DNA from: an uncultured Methylomirabilota bacterium
GTDB lineage: Bacteria > Methylomirabilota > Methylomirabilia > Methylomirabilales > 2-02-FULL-66-22
NCBI GenBank assembly: GCA_963705305.1
Contig: OY970067.1
Location: 448,001-512,000 of the forward strand
DNA length: 64,000 nt
Direction: 5' to 3'
Shown: positions 10,018 to 20,553 of the stretch, piece after piece
Position numbering within the stretch: position 1 is the stretch's first letter
Layout of the letters: every line of letters begins with the position of its first letter
The notes under the pieces: generated by a model
The model's input: the letters and a program-made list of their open reading frames with translations, nothing else
What the model was told of the DNA's origin: nothing
The model's database searches: none
Translations under genes and position numbers: made by a program

Positions 10018-10959
10018 CTAGGCAGGCGCCGGGCTGTCGGCATAGAGATCGGTGCTCAGGTACCGCAGCCCGGAGTCAACAATGATCGTCGCCACCGTCG
10101 CCGTCGGCCCCAGCTCTGCCGCCACTCGCAGCGCCGCTGCCACATTTGCCCCTGACGACGCGCCCGCAAAGATCCCTTCCTCGCGCGCCAGGCGACGCGC
10201 CATCGCCTTGGCCTCCGCCGTCGTGACCGCATAGACATCGTTCACCAGCTCCGGCCGCCAGAGCGGGGGCACAAATCCAATGCCGATCCCCTCGATCGTG
10301 TGCGATCCGGACTGGCCGCCGGACAAGACCGGTGACTCGGCCGGCTCGACGCCCACGATTCGAATCTCGCGGTTGTGCCGCCACAGCGCTTCCGTCACCC
10401 CGTGAATGGAGTGCGCCGCGCCGACCGCGTGTACGAACGCCGTCAGCCGTCCCGCCGTTTGCTGCCACAACTCTTCGCCCAGGGGCACGTAGCCTGCAAC
10501 TGCGTCGTGGTTGTTCAGTTGATCGCAGTACCAGTGGCCCGGACGCTCGCTGATGACCGCCGCCGTTCGAATCATCTCCTTGACGAGCGGTTCGGTAATC
10601 CCCTGCCCGTCACTCGGCACATCGGTCACGCGCGCGCCAAACGCCTGCATGGTCCGGCGCTTTTCGCCGCTGAAGGCATCGGAAAAGACAATTTCCAGGC
10701 CGTACCCTCTCGCCGCGCATACGAATGCAAGCGAGATGCCGGTCGTCCCCGAGGTGTACTCCACGACGGTGCCGTCTGGCCGCAACCGGCCGCTACGCTC
10801 CGCGCGCACGATCGCCGCGTGCGCCATCCGATCCTTCATGCTGCCCGTTGGGTTCGCCCATTCCAGCTTGGCGACCAGCCGGGCCGAGCCGGCGGGCACC
10901 ACCTTGTGGAGCTCCACGAGGGGGGTCTGCCCGATCCCGCCAAGGACGTCACTGGTCAT
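10018..10959 (-). CDS. Cysteine synthase-family PLP enzyme
   Basis: Motifs GQTPLV, KLEWANPTGSMKDR, EGIFAGASSGAN and DSGLRYLST. Confidence 0.9.
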   Translation of the reverse strand: MTSDVLGGIGQTPLVELHKVVPAGSARLVAKLEWANPTGSMKDRMAHAAIVRAERSGRLRPDGTVVEYTSGTTGISLAFVCAARGYGLEIVFSDAFSGEKRRTMQAFGARVTDVPSDGQGITEPLVKEMIRTAAVISERPGHWYCDQLNNHDAVAGYVPLGEELWQQTAGRLTAFVHAVGAAHSIHGVTEALWRHNREIRIVGVEPAESPVLSGGQSGSHTIEGIGIGFVPPLWRPELVNDVYAVTTAEAKAMARRLAREEGIFAGASSGANVAAALRVAAELGPTATVATIIVDSGLRYLSTDLYADSPAPA

Positions 10960-11139
10960 AGGCCATATCCCGCCCTCTCTCCCCGCAGCCTACGATCGCT
11001 GCACGGCTCCTTGCCACCGGCGCATCTCTTGCGCTGCCTTCGCACATCACCCAAGGCGTCGCCGTACAGCGGCCAGTGCACGTACTGGGGGCACCCTTGC
11101 GAAGGCTACTTCCGCCCTCATGGGCCTGTCAAGAGGCAT

Positions 11140-11370
11140 GGGGACGGAGGTGAGTTGATCTGCGTATTTGCTTCGTCCTGCCACGAAGACGAAGGCTGCA
11201 GCCCGCGCAGCACCCGTGACAAGTTAGGACAACTGGGCCACAACGTTCCCTTTCCCGGACTGCGATCCGTTCTCCCGGTCGGTGTCATCGCCGAAAATGG
11301 CGGTGCGCTCGATCCCCCGCACCACGACGTGGCGGAGGGAGCTCGGGGCATCGAGCCGGGCCTGGCATGG
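11140..11370 (-). mobile_element. Remnant of RAYT-like HUH element: N-terminal fragment plus end-like motifs
   Basis: QARLDAPSSLRHVVVRGIERTAIFGDDTDR matches the N-terminus of the 33027 transposase. GGGGACG (11140) and CAACGTTCCC (11241) resemble the family ends. Confidence 0.65.
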
Positions 11371-11573
11371 GCGGAGCGTACCGCTCGGGGAAACACCCGT
11401 CAAGTTCACGCAGAGCCAACACCCTCTATGATTGCCGCTTGAGAGGGGTATTGCGGGATCGAGGCGAGGATTGCAGGTTCATGCCGTTGGGGGACCGCAG
11501 CCACGCCGCAGTGAATCACCAGTCTGGACCGGCAAAGAACACACGGCGGGGAATGCCCACGCCGGCCGGCACC

Positions 11574-14500
11574 TCATGCGGGAGGCGCTCCCATGGGCAG
11601 CACCACCGTGAACGTGCTCCCCTGGCCCTCGCCCGGGGAGGCGGCCCAGATCCGGCCGCCGTGGAGCTCGACCAGGCGCCGGGTGAGGGCGAGGCCGAGG
11701 CCGGTGCCCTCCTGGGCCTGGGCGCGGGTGGTCTCGAGCTGGGTGAACTCCTGGAAGAGCTTCGGGAGGTCCTCCGCCCGGATCCCCACGCCGGTGTCCC
11801 GCACCGCGACCTCCAACCAGTCGCGGGCGGCGTCAATTGGCCTCGACGAATCGACCTCTTGCCCATTTGACCACTCGACTCGGCGGGCGGTCAGAGTGAT
11901 CTGCCCGCCCGCTGGGGTGAACTTCACCGCGTTGCTCAGCAGGTTGAACAGGACCTGCTTGAACCGGACCGGATCAGCCACGAGGGGGGAAAGATCCGGA
12001 GCGATCGTGGCTGTGAGGACCTGCCGCTTTTTGGCGGCCAAGCCCCGCGCGATGACCAGAATTTCCTCAAGGGTGTTCGCTACGGACAGGGATTCGGGTT
12101 GGAAAGTGAATCTCCCGGCTTCTACTTTGCTCAAGTCGAGGAGATCGCCGACGAGCTGGATGAGGTGTTTCCCGCTGCTGTACACATGGCCCGTGTACCG
12201 GGCCTGCCTCTCGGTCAAAGGGCCCCCGCCTTGGTCCAGGAGGAGCTCCGAGAACCCGATGATCGCGTTCAGCGGCGTCCGCAGCTCATGAGACATGTTG
12301 GCGAGGAACTCCGATTTCCGGCGTGAGGCGTCCTGGAGCTGCTGGTTGGCGGCTTCCAAGGCGTGGGTCCGGTCCTGGACGCGCTCTTCCAGCTCGGCGG
12401 CGCGCCGCTGGACCTCTGCGTACAGGTGCGCGTTCTCGATGGCGACGGCCGCCTGATCGGCGAAGGCGGTCAGGTAGGCCAACTCCTCCGGCCGGTACTC
12501 GCGGGGCTCCACCGTATTGAAGGCAAGGACCCCCAGCACCTCCCCCCGGGCCTTGATCGGGAGGCCGAGGTAGGTGCGCATGCCCGGTTGTCGATCCTGG
12601 GCGGCCAAGACGCCCCCCTGGCCGCTGCCGGTATCGGGGACGTACAGGATTTCTCCCGTTTTCGCGACGTGCCCCGAGAGTCCCGTCCCGATCGGCATCG
12701 GGAAGCCGTCGGCCAGCGTCATTCCCCGGAGCACCCCAATCCGCAGGAGTTGGGACTCCTTGTCCACAAGGAGGAGTTTGACGTTCTCGCAATGGCTGAC
12801 CCGGGCAGCCTCGAGCACTATCTTCTCCAGAACCGGCTCGAGAGCGAGGCCCGACATGACCGAGCGTGTCGCCTGCAAGACCGCCTCGAGCTGCCGGGTC
12901 CGCAGCTGCAGCGACTCTTCCGCCTGCCTGCGGTCGGTGACGTCCCGGCCGTAGAGGTTTACGTACCGCGCCTCCGGGAAGGGCGCCAGGTCGATCGAGA
13001 AGATCCGCCCCTCGCACGCCAGGTCAGTGGCCCCGTCTGCACCCGTTTCCAGGGCGCGCCGGATTCTCGCCCCCCACTCCGCCGGGACCGGCCTGCCGGG
13101 GGCGGTCCCCCAGAGCCGGAGGAGGGGGCCGCTGGGCTCGTTGGCGTACAGCAGGGCCCCGTCTTCCCGGATCCGCAGGACGGGATTGGGGTCCTCGCCG
13201 GGGAACCGCGCCAGGCTCTCGATGTCGGCCAGGGCCCGCCCGTGGGCCGCCTTCGTGCGGAGGGCCTGGATGCCGTAGGCCAGGTCGTCGGCCAACTCGA
13301 CGAGGAGCTGGACCTCCGCAGCGTCGAAGGCGTCGGGCTCGGTCGCGTAGACGGTGAGCGCCCCCCACCGGGCTCCTTCGACACCGATCGGGAGCGCGAT
13401 TACGGAGCCGTACCCGCGTCGCGTGGCCTCGGCGCGCCAGGGGGTCAGGCGGGGATCGGTGAGAATCTCCCGGGCCACCGACGGGGCGCCGGTCCGGATG
13501 GCCGTGCCGGTCGGTCCCCGACCAAGGTCGGTGTCTGCCCAGGAGATGGTCACGGCCTCCAGATAGCCCTCTACATCGCCGCGGTGCGCGACCGGGCGGA
13601 CGCGCTTCCCCTCGTCCGGCTCCGCCACGCCGACCCAGGCCATTCGGTATCCGCCGGTCTCCACCAGGATGCGGCAAACCGCCTCCAGCAACGCCGCTTC
13701 CGTGGTGTCCTGGACTAGGTGCTGGTTGCACTCGCTGAGGACGCGAAGCGCCCGGTTCGCCCGGCGGAGCCGAGTCTCCGATCGCTCGTGCGCGGTGATC
13801 CGGTCCTCCAGGGCCGCGGCCATCTCGTCAAAGGCGCGGGCCAACTGGTACAGCTCCCCCGGCCCCGCCGGCAGCCCGCTCCGGGCGCGGAGGTCCCCCG
13901 CGGCCAGGCGCCGGGCGGCGGCGAGGAGCGCCTGGATCTGGCGCAGGAGGAAGAGGTCGCCCCCCGTCCAGGCCACGGCGAGCGCCAGGACGGCGACGAC
14001 CCCCAGCCAGATGAGGCTGCGGCGGAGGAGCCGGTTGGCCGCCGCCACCACCAGCGCCTGGGGGACGCCGATACTCACGAAGACCCCCCTGGGCGCGGCC
14101 GGCGCGCCCAGGGGCGCGAAGGCCACGAGGCTCGGCGTGCCGTCCAGGTCGGTGGCGGCGCCGGCCCCCTCGCCGCGGGCCAGGAGCACTCCCTGCCGGT
14201 CCAGGATGGTGAGGGTGGTCCCCGGCGGCAGCTCCAGTCGCGCCACGAGCGCGTTGAGCCACGCGAGGTCCAGGGCCGCGAAGGCCACCCCCGCGACCGT
14301 CCCGGCCGGCGCGACCACGGGGAGGCCGAAGTTGAGGCCGGGCCGGCCGGTGATGCGGCCCACTTGGTACCTGCCCACGGCGAAGGTGCGGTCGGCCCGG
14401 GCCCGGCGGAAGTAGCCGCGATCGGCGAGGCTCACCGGGCCCGGCAGTGCGAGGGCGCTGCAGAAGACGTCGCCGTTGGCCCGGCTCACGCCGAGATTGG

Positions 14501-14879
14501 CGTACTGGGGGTACTGCGCGAGGAGGGTGTTGAACAGGGCGCTGCAGGCCTGGGCGTCCCCCTGCTGCACCGGGGGGAGCACGACGAGGGCGTGGAGCAG
14601 CTCCCGGGCCCCCTCGAGCAGGGGCCCGCCCTGGCTGGCCGCCAGGCGCGCCTGCCGCTGGAGATCCGCCTGGGCCCGGAGGGTGGCCTGGTCGCGCCCC
14701 TCCCACCCCGCGTAGAGGATCACGCCCGCGGCCGGCACCACGGCGAGGAGGACGAGAACGAGCAAGCGGATGCGCAGCCGCGAGAGCCAGTGGCGCCTCA
14801 CGCGTTTCTCCATGCGCTCATCGGGCCGGGCGGGCTCGGCGGCAGGCGCAGGAGAGACCCTGGTTTCTTCCGTCCTCAC
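11574..14879 (-). CDS. Membrane sensor histidine kinase (Cache, HAMP, GAF, PAS-like, GAF, HisKA, HATPase)
   Basis: Two TM segments, H box FLANMSHELRTPLN, N box NLLSNAVKFT, and G boxes DTGVG and GTGLGL. Confidence 0.93.
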   Translation of the reverse strand: MRTEETRVSPAPAAEPARPDERMEKRVRRHWLSRLRIRLLVLVLLAVVPAAGVILYAGWEGRDQATLRAQADLQRQARLAASQGGPLLEGARELLHALVVLPPVQQGDAQACSALFNTLLAQYPQYANLGVSRANGDVFCSALALPGPVSLADRGYFRRARADRTFAVGRYQVGRITGRPGLNFGLPVVAPAGTVAGVAFAALDLAWLNALVARLELPPGTTLTILDRQGVLLARGEGAGAATDLDGTPSLVAFAPLGAPAAPRGVFVSIGVPQALVVAAANRLLRRSLIWLGVVAVLALAVAWTGGDLFLLRQIQALLAAARRLAAGDLRARSGLPAGPGELYQLARAFDEMAAALEDRITAHERSETRLRRANRALRVLSECNQHLVQDTTEAALLEAVCRILVETGGYRMAWVGVAEPDEGKRVRPVAHRGDVEGYLEAVTISWADTDLGRGPTGTAIRTGAPSVAREILTDPRLTPWRAEATRRGYGSVIALPIGVEGARWGALTVYATEPDAFDAAEVQLLVELADDLAYGIQALRTKAAHGRALADIESLARFPGEDPNPVLRIREDGALLYANEPSGPLLRLWGTAPGRPVPAEWGARIRRALETGADGATDLACEGRIFSIDLAPFPEARYVNLYGRDVTDRRQAEESLQLRTRQLEAVLQATRSVMSGLALEPVLEKIVLEAARVSHCENVKLLLVDKESQLLRIGVLRGMTLADGFPMPIGTGLSGHVAKTGEILYVPDTGSGQGGVLAAQDRQPGMRTYLGLPIKARGEVLGVLAFNTVEPREYRPEELAYLTAFADQAAVAIENAHLYAEVQRRAAELEERVQDRTHALEAANQQLQDASRRKSEFLANMSHELRTPLNAIIGFSELLLDQGGGPLTERQARYTGHVYSSGKHLIQLVGDLLDLSKVEAGRFTFQPESLSVANTLEEILVIARGLAAKKRQVLTATIAPDLSPLVADPVRFKQVLFNLLSNAVKFTPAGGQITLTARRVEWSNGQEVDSSRPIDAARDWLEVAVRDTGVGIRAEDLPKLFQEFTQLETTRAQAQEGTGLGLALTRRLVELHGGRIWAASPGEGQGSTFTVVLPMGAPPA

Positions 14880-14936
14880 CCACCTCCTTCTCGCTGACGG
14901 CCGGGCACGATGGGGATCGCCGCACGCCTGGCCGGG

Positions 14937-15500
14937 CTAGGACTCCTTGAACACGATCTCCAGAACTGCCTGGATGTCCGCGAGCTTGATCGGCTTCCGC
15001 AAAAGCATAGCCGGCCCGTAGTCCAGGGCGGCCAGGGTCTTGTCGTGATCGGGGAAGCCGGTGATCAAGACGACGAGCGCGTTGGGGTCCCGTCGCTTCA
15101 CGGCCTTGAGGAGGAAGGCGCCGCTGATGCCAGGCAAGAGGATATCGAGGAAGATCAGGTCGAAGTGGTCCCGCCGGAGCACCCGGAGGGCTTGCCGGCC
15201 GTCGGCCGCTACAGCCACCTGGTATCCCTGCGCGGTGAGGGCCGCTTCGAACGCTTCGCGCACCACGGCCTCATCATCCACCACGAGGATGCGCCTTGGC
15301 AGAGCGGGAGGTTCGAGCGCCAGGGGGATGTGATATTCGGCGACGAGCCGGCGGAACTCCGCCCGGGTAACCCGGTAATGCCCCCCTGGGATTCGGTAGG
15401 CCTGGAGCTTCCCCGCGCGAATCCAACCGAAGACCGCGACCCGGGTGACGTGCAGAAGCCGGGCGATCTCGCCGGTGCTGAGCGGCTTCTCGTCGGGCAC
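14937..15500 (-). CDS. Response regulator with N-terminal excisionase/MerR-like HTH
   Basis: LSTGEIARLLHVTRVAVFGWIRAGKLQAYRIPGGHYRV followed by a REC domain (ILVVDDE, FLDILLP, KP). GTG start after an AGGAGG RBS. Confidence 0.88.
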   Translation of the reverse strand: MPDEKPLSTGEIARLLHVTRVAVFGWIRAGKLQAYRIPGGHYRVTRAEFRRLVAEYHIPLALEPPALPRRILVVDDEAVVREAFEAALTAQGYQVAVAADGRQALRVLRRDHFDLIFLDILLPGISGAFLLKAVKRRDPNALVVLITGFPDHDKTLAALDYGPAMLLRKPIKLADIQAVLEIVFKES

Positions 15501-15680
15501 GGAGATGACCTCCTTGCTCCTCTTAACGGATTTAACACTCTTACTTTCGCCCGAGCTTGTCAATCAGAAAGAGCTGGAAGCGCTGCTCGTCTGCGAGTAA
15601 GCTCCAGCCTGCCCGAGCCACCTGTCTGCGGCCCAACCGAATTACCCGCCAAACGAAGGTCTCCACTCACCGGAGGACAC

Positions 15681-15956
15681 ATGGCCATCGACCTCGGAAC
15701 CACCTTGCGAAAGGCGCTGGCGGAACTCCAGGCGAAACAGAGCAAGCTCTCCCGACAGATGGCGATGATTCAGCGGCTCTTGGCCGCCCAGGGGCCGGGA
15801 CGTCCACAGAGGCGAAGACGCTCGGCAGCGCGGATGAAGCCCGCCCGCAAGCCGATGAGCGCGGCAGCCAAGAAGGCCGTGAGTCAACGGATGAAGGCGT
15901 ACTGGGCGCAGCGGAGAGCCGAGGCGGCGAAAGGGAAGGCGTCGACCGGGAAGTAG
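15681..15956 (+). CDS. Small basic hypothetical protein (coiled coil plus K/R-rich helix)
   Basis: GGAGGA RBS. A clear paralog at 57354-57611 supports real coding. Confidence 0.75.
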   Translation: MAIDLGTTLRKALAELQAKQSKLSRQMAMIQRLLAAQGPGRPQRRRRSAARMKPARKPMSAAAKKAVSQRMKAYWAQRRAEAAKGKASTGK

Positions 15957-16344
15957 GGAGGAGGCGGATCTGGACTCTTCTGTAGGAGCGCGGTCTCCGG
16001 AAGGAACAGGCTCTCAATGGGAATCACTCGACGGAGAGCGCGATTCCCCTGCTCCTCGACGACGAGACTTGCAGGGTCCCCTATTGCCTAGGTGTGGCCG
16101 GTCTTCCATACGGTCTATTATGGAGCGATCGGTCTCACACCAGCCGGTGCGCTGGCAGACGTGTGATCGGAATAGGCGGAGGCAGGGGGAATGTTTTTGC
16201 TCGATTGGAGTACCGGCGGGACAGACCCACACTGGAGACATGGGTTGACCCACGTTTGAGGTGATAGAGAACCGGTCTCCTCATAGAACAGTGGGTCGTC
16301 TCTCCCGCCGACCGGATTTGGAAGATCACACGAACCGCAGCCGT

Positions 16345-17328
16345 TTAGCCCCCAATCCGAAGCTGGGCAGGGCTCCGGAAACTCCTCACCTCGCCCGCCT
16401 CGCCCTGGGTGGCAAATTTCACTCCTGTTGGATCGGCAATATATTTGAGAGGATTCACCGCGGCACCGTTGACCCGGACCTCATACAGGACGTGCGGCCC
16501 CGTCGCCAAGCCCGAGATCCCGATGGAGGCAATGATCTGGTCTCGCTTCACCAGTTGACCTTCCTTTACCCTGATGGTGTTCGTGTGCGCGTACAGGGTC
16601 GCCACCCCATGCCCGTGGTCGATGAGGACCATGTTGCCATAGTTGCCCCGAGGGCCGGCGAACACCACGACCCCGTCGGCCGTGGCCAGGATAGGGGTGC
16701 CCATGGGGGCGGCGATGTCCACCCCTTCGTGCATCTCCGGCTGCCCCGTGAATGGCGACGCCCGGTAGCCGTATCCGGACGTCATCACCCCCCGGACCGG
16801 CCAGATGCTCGGCATTGAGGCCAGCAGCGATCGCTTCGTCTCGAGGAGATCCTCCAGCTCGCGGAAGCTCTTCTCGCGCGAGCTGATCTCGTCCCCCAGG
16901 GTCTCCATATCCGGCCCCATCCGGCCGGCCAGGTGGCCGGTGCCCTTGTGCCTGGCCTCCCGGAGCGCGGCTTGGCTGGATATTTCGGATCCGCCTTGGG
17001 CCAGTCCGGTTCCCCGGTCGCCTCTGGCCTCCAGACCGATCATTACGCGCAGGTTCCGATCCAGGTCGCGCAGTCGCGCCAGTTCGTCTTCGAGTTGGCT
17101 CACCTTGGCGGCCACGATGTTCCGGCTCCTGACCTGCTGGCGGAGTTGCTGCAGCTCCGGCATGCGGAGATTTAGATGCGCGTACTGGTACAGGCAGAAA
17201 GCGAAGGCGAGAACAGAGACCGCAATCCCCGCCGACACTACCGCGACGATGGTACTGTTGATGTGGAATTTCCAAGCGGGTGAGGTCCCGTCGGGGAGTA
17301 TTAGGAGCGTGCAGAACCGCTTGGCCAT
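16345..17328 (-). CDS. M23-family metallopeptidase with coiled coil
   Basis: Motifs PSIWPVRG, HEGVDIAA, YGNMVLIDHG and TLYAH. The final HxH reads GPHVL, so one zinc ligand may be lost. Confidence 0.88.
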   Translation of the reverse strand: MAKRFCTLLILPDGTSPAWKFHINSTIVAVVSAGIAVSVLAFAFCLYQYAHLNLRMPELQQLRQQVRSRNIVAAKVSQLEDELARLRDLDRNLRVMIGLEARGDRGTGLAQGGSEISSQAALREARHKGTGHLAGRMGPDMETLGDEISSREKSFRELEDLLETKRSLLASMPSIWPVRGVMTSGYGYRASPFTGQPEMHEGVDIAAPMGTPILATADGVVVFAGPRGNYGNMVLIDHGHGVATLYAHTNTIRVKEGQLVKRDQIIASIGISGLATGPHVLYEVRVNGAAVNPLKYIADPTGVKFATQGEAGEVRSFRSPAQLRIGG

Positions 17329-17978
17329 CCCCGCCCCCTGGCGCTCACAAACGGAGCCTCCCAGGAATTCAAATCCCCCTGGCAGTGGACACGGCGGGTT
17401 CCCGAATAGAAAACGCCTGAGGCACGCTGAAACGGCGAACCTGCCATGGAGTGGTCGGAGATTTTCGCTGTAAGCAGGCGGAACCTATCACGGGTGCGAA
17501 AAGCCTGTCAAGAGAAGGTGCCTTGTTAAACAGCCTGAAGATTATCTGTCCGCCGGGCTGATCAGAACAGCCTATCGACTCAAACATCCATTGCGCAATT
17601 AGGGTCCCGAGAGACCGGACCGCACATTGACCAAGAGTCCCCTCCTCGCCGGAGATACCTGGGCATCTGGTTCGTCGGGCGAAAGCCGGGGGGGGGAAGC
17701 CGATACCACCTATCTCGGGCTTTTCATCGCGACCGCGTTGCCCTCCTCCCGCCCGGTCGGAAAACCTTTCACGGGGCAATCACGCCCTGAAGAGATCTGT
17801 GACCAGGGGGAAGATATGCCGATATTTATCCGAATCCGATGGCGAAATGAGAGTCTTCGGCGATTCGATATCACGCGGGCTTACGCCCTCCCCGTTGAGG
17901 CACCGTAGCTGGCGGTCCTCGGGTGCGCCTCCCTCCAGATCAAGCACCCGGGTCCCCCACTCCTACAAATCCAGCGTG

Positions 17979-19664
17979 TCAGCAAGGTGGTGGAATTCCT
18001 CGCGGGGATGGAGGTGAAACTTGCTGGGGTGCTGGGATCACGGCCGGCGGCGGGAACTGGTGAACACTCGGCCGTGGATCCGCAAAGAGTAGCCGAGGTC
18101 CAGATTCCACCTCAGGGGAGCTGAGCTGGTGGTGCCTCGCGACGTTGGGGACTGGCGTCATGGGTGGGCGGATCAGGCGGTCAGTTTTTCTCGGCTCGTA
18201 GTGTCCGGTGCGGAGCAGGCTTCCAAGCACACGCCACGCACCCCGGCTGGCCAGCAGCCAGTACCGGTGGCAGCGGAAAATGCCGAGGAACCTCTCCGTG
18301 CACCCCACGCGGCGAAGGTCCACCGCATGCGGAAAACAAGGAAGGAGGTCCTGAAGCGCAGCGTGCGTGCTGACCCCGCCGACCCAGATGCTCAGGAAGA
18401 GCGAGAGGGTCGGCAGAGCGATTGAAAACACAAATAGGGTCCGGGCCTCCGGGTAGAAACGCCACAGTTGTCCGCAGAGCAGACCTGCCACCGGGTAGAG
18501 GAGGGCGGCGACGGGCCACTCGACGGCCTTGCTGCCCGCATGGCGGATGAGCTGGGCCAGATTGAAGGGGGACGGGTCCTTCTGCCAGGCACGCCAGAGG
18601 TGGACGGTGTCATCGAGCACGCCTTTGTACCACCGCGCATTCTGCTGGATCACCTTCTCAGAGGTCTCGGGGAGCTCGCAGAGCTCGACCATTGGCATCG
18701 GTTGGATCAGGATGCCATGGAGGCCCAAGGCGTACCCCAGCGTGGAGTCCTCGGTTGCCCCAGCCACCGGGAATCCGCCCACCAATTGCAGGGTATCGAG
18801 TCGCACAAACTGGTTGTGCCCGAGGAGAATGTGTGAGCGGCGGAGAAGCGCGTCGAACACCGGTCGCAGCACCGAACCGGCTCCCGGAGAACATGCACAG
18901 AGCCGGGAGAGGAGGCGCATCCGCGCCAACTCGCTCAGGAGGCGGGGGATGGAAATGCGGAGGAAGACCGACGACTGCTGGATGGCCGAGATCTTTCCGA
19001 GGCGGTCAAGCGTCGCGTAATTCGCCAAGGAAAGGGTGACCCCCTGATACGCGCACATGCCCTGTCCGGCCAGCTCCCGATGAGCGATCCACCGGAAAGT
19101 GTCGGGGTGGGGCTGGGAATCGGCGTCGCTCACGCCGACGAAGACGCATGCCGGATCCACACCGTCGCCGAGGATCTCGCGGAGCGCCTCGGGACGAAGC
19201 GCCCAGTTGAGTTGATGCGGCTTTCGACCGGGCCCAGGCATGGTGAGGATGTGCACCTGCTCTCGCTGGGAACGCGGGAGGGTGCCTCTCAGCCGGCGAA
19301 CCAGTTCGGCGGTGCTCACCCCCATGGAGGGATGAGGGGTCCGCTCCTCATCCTCCTTGGTGATCACCACGACGCGGAGCTTCGTCCCTGGATACCGGGA
19401 GGCGAGCAGGGCCTTCACGGTCCCTGCGATTTCGGGCTCCTGGTAGGCCGCGACAAGGTGCAGGAATACGGGGGCACGAGGGTGCCGATCGAGGTCGCCC
19501 TCGCTCGGTAACTCGCCAAGCCGCCTGCAAGATTCCCGTACGAAGCTGACAGCGGATCGCATGCGTATCCAGTCGGCCAAGAGCTTCCCGATCGCCCGGA
19601 TGCTGATGCACAGCAAGAACCAGACGAGGAAGAACGCAAGGCTTTCCATCGGTGTCCCCTGCAT
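17979..19664 (-). CDS. Family 2 membrane glycosyltransferase
   Basis: Motifs VAAYQE, K..QLN, DADS, TEDS and QNARWYKG (QxxRW). Confidence 0.8.
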   Translation of the reverse strand: MQGTPMESLAFFLVWFLLCISIRAIGKLLADWIRMRSAVSFVRESCRRLGELPSEGDLDRHPRAPVFLHLVAAYQEPEIAGTVKALLASRYPGTKLRVVVITKEDEERTPHPSMGVSTAELVRRLRGTLPRSQREQVHILTMPGPGRKPHQLNWALRPEALREILGDGVDPACVFVGVSDADSQPHPDTFRWIAHRELAGQGMCAYQGVTLSLANYATLDRLGKISAIQQSSVFLRISIPRLLSELARMRLLSRLCACSPGAGSVLRPVFDALLRRSHILLGHNQFVRLDTLQLVGGFPVAGATEDSTLGYALGLHGILIQPMPMVELCELPETSEKVIQQNARWYKGVLDDTVHLWRAWQKDPSPFNLAQLIRHAGSKAVEWPVAALLYPVAGLLCGQLWRFYPEARTLFVFSIALPTLSLFLSIWVGGVSTHAALQDLLPCFPHAVDLRRVGCTERFLGIFRCHRYWLLASRGAWRVLGSLLRTGHYEPRKTDRLIRPPMTPVPNVARHHQLSSPEVESGPRLLFADPRPSVHQFPPPAVIPAPQQVSPPSPRGIPPPC

Positions 19665-19839
19665 TCACTGTCTCCCCGGGGTGAAGTTTAGCTTCCGACA
19701 ACGTCATCCTTGAGCGCGGCTCCTGCGGAGGAACCTCGCGCCGCCGCCGATTCGGGAGCTCCGGGACCTCCCGCGGGACCCGGAAGCCCCCCTCCAGGGG
19801 GGAACCTGGGAGGTCAACCGGCTCCACACGGGCCACAGT

Positions 19840-20553
19840 TCAGGACGCGGTCTCTCGCAGCGGCCGGTCGAGCGCAAGCCAGAGGATTGCCTGGTACCCG
19901 GAAAGCACCGCACAGGTGACCCATTCCCACACGGCAAAACTGAGGTACACTGGAACGCCCTGCGTGCGCCAGGCGAGACTCACCCAGTGCAGGTCCGGGA
20001 GCACGTAGAAGATGTACACTTGGGCGCAGCCGGCCAGGAGAATCGGGAGCACCGCCAGGCTGGTCAGGGCGATGCCGACCAGCCGATGCAGCCGGGCCCC
20101 GCCAGCGCCCGGACGCGGGACAGCCCGGCTGGCGAGTTGAGCGGTCAGGCCCATGATGCCCAGGCACACGCCGGCAAAGGCCAGGAGCGTGAGGAGCTCA
20201 TGTCCTTTGCGGAGCCCGGGCACCGGGCGAGGGAGCAGGCCAACCCACGCCATGCAGACGCTCCCTCCCCCGAGCGCCCAGAGTCCCCAGGGCCGGCGCT
20301 CCGCCGATCCCCGTCTCCAGCGCCGGGCCAGGGCGAGGGCCCAGCACCCACCGCAGCACCCGCTGACCACGAGCCCCCCGGCCCCCCACAGGTGCCCGGC
20401 CGGATTGCGGCTGGCCGAGAGGAGGGTGGACAGGGTCAGGTACCGCCAGTCGAATTCGCTGGGGTAGCCCCACCCCGCCATCCCGATGCCTCCCCAGAAA
20501 GCCAGAATCCCCAGCATTCCCGCCACGGACCCCCCTGCGCGCCCGAAACCCAT
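19840..20553 (-). CDS. Membrane protein (DUF998-like)
   Basis: Several TM segments and the motif YPSEFDWRY.TLSTLLS..RNP.G. Confidence 0.55.
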   Translation of the reverse strand: MGFGRAGGSVAGMLGILAFWGGIGMAGWGYPSEFDWRYLTLSTLLSASRNPAGHLWGAGGLVVSGCCGGCWALALARRWRRGSAERRPWGLWALGGGSVCMAWVGLLPRPVPGLRKGHELLTLLAFAGVCLGIMGLTAQLASRAVPRPGAGGARLHRLVGIALTSLAVLPILLAGCAQVYIFYVLPDLHWVSLAWRTQGVPVYLSFAVWEWVTCAVLSGYQAILWLALDRPLRETAS

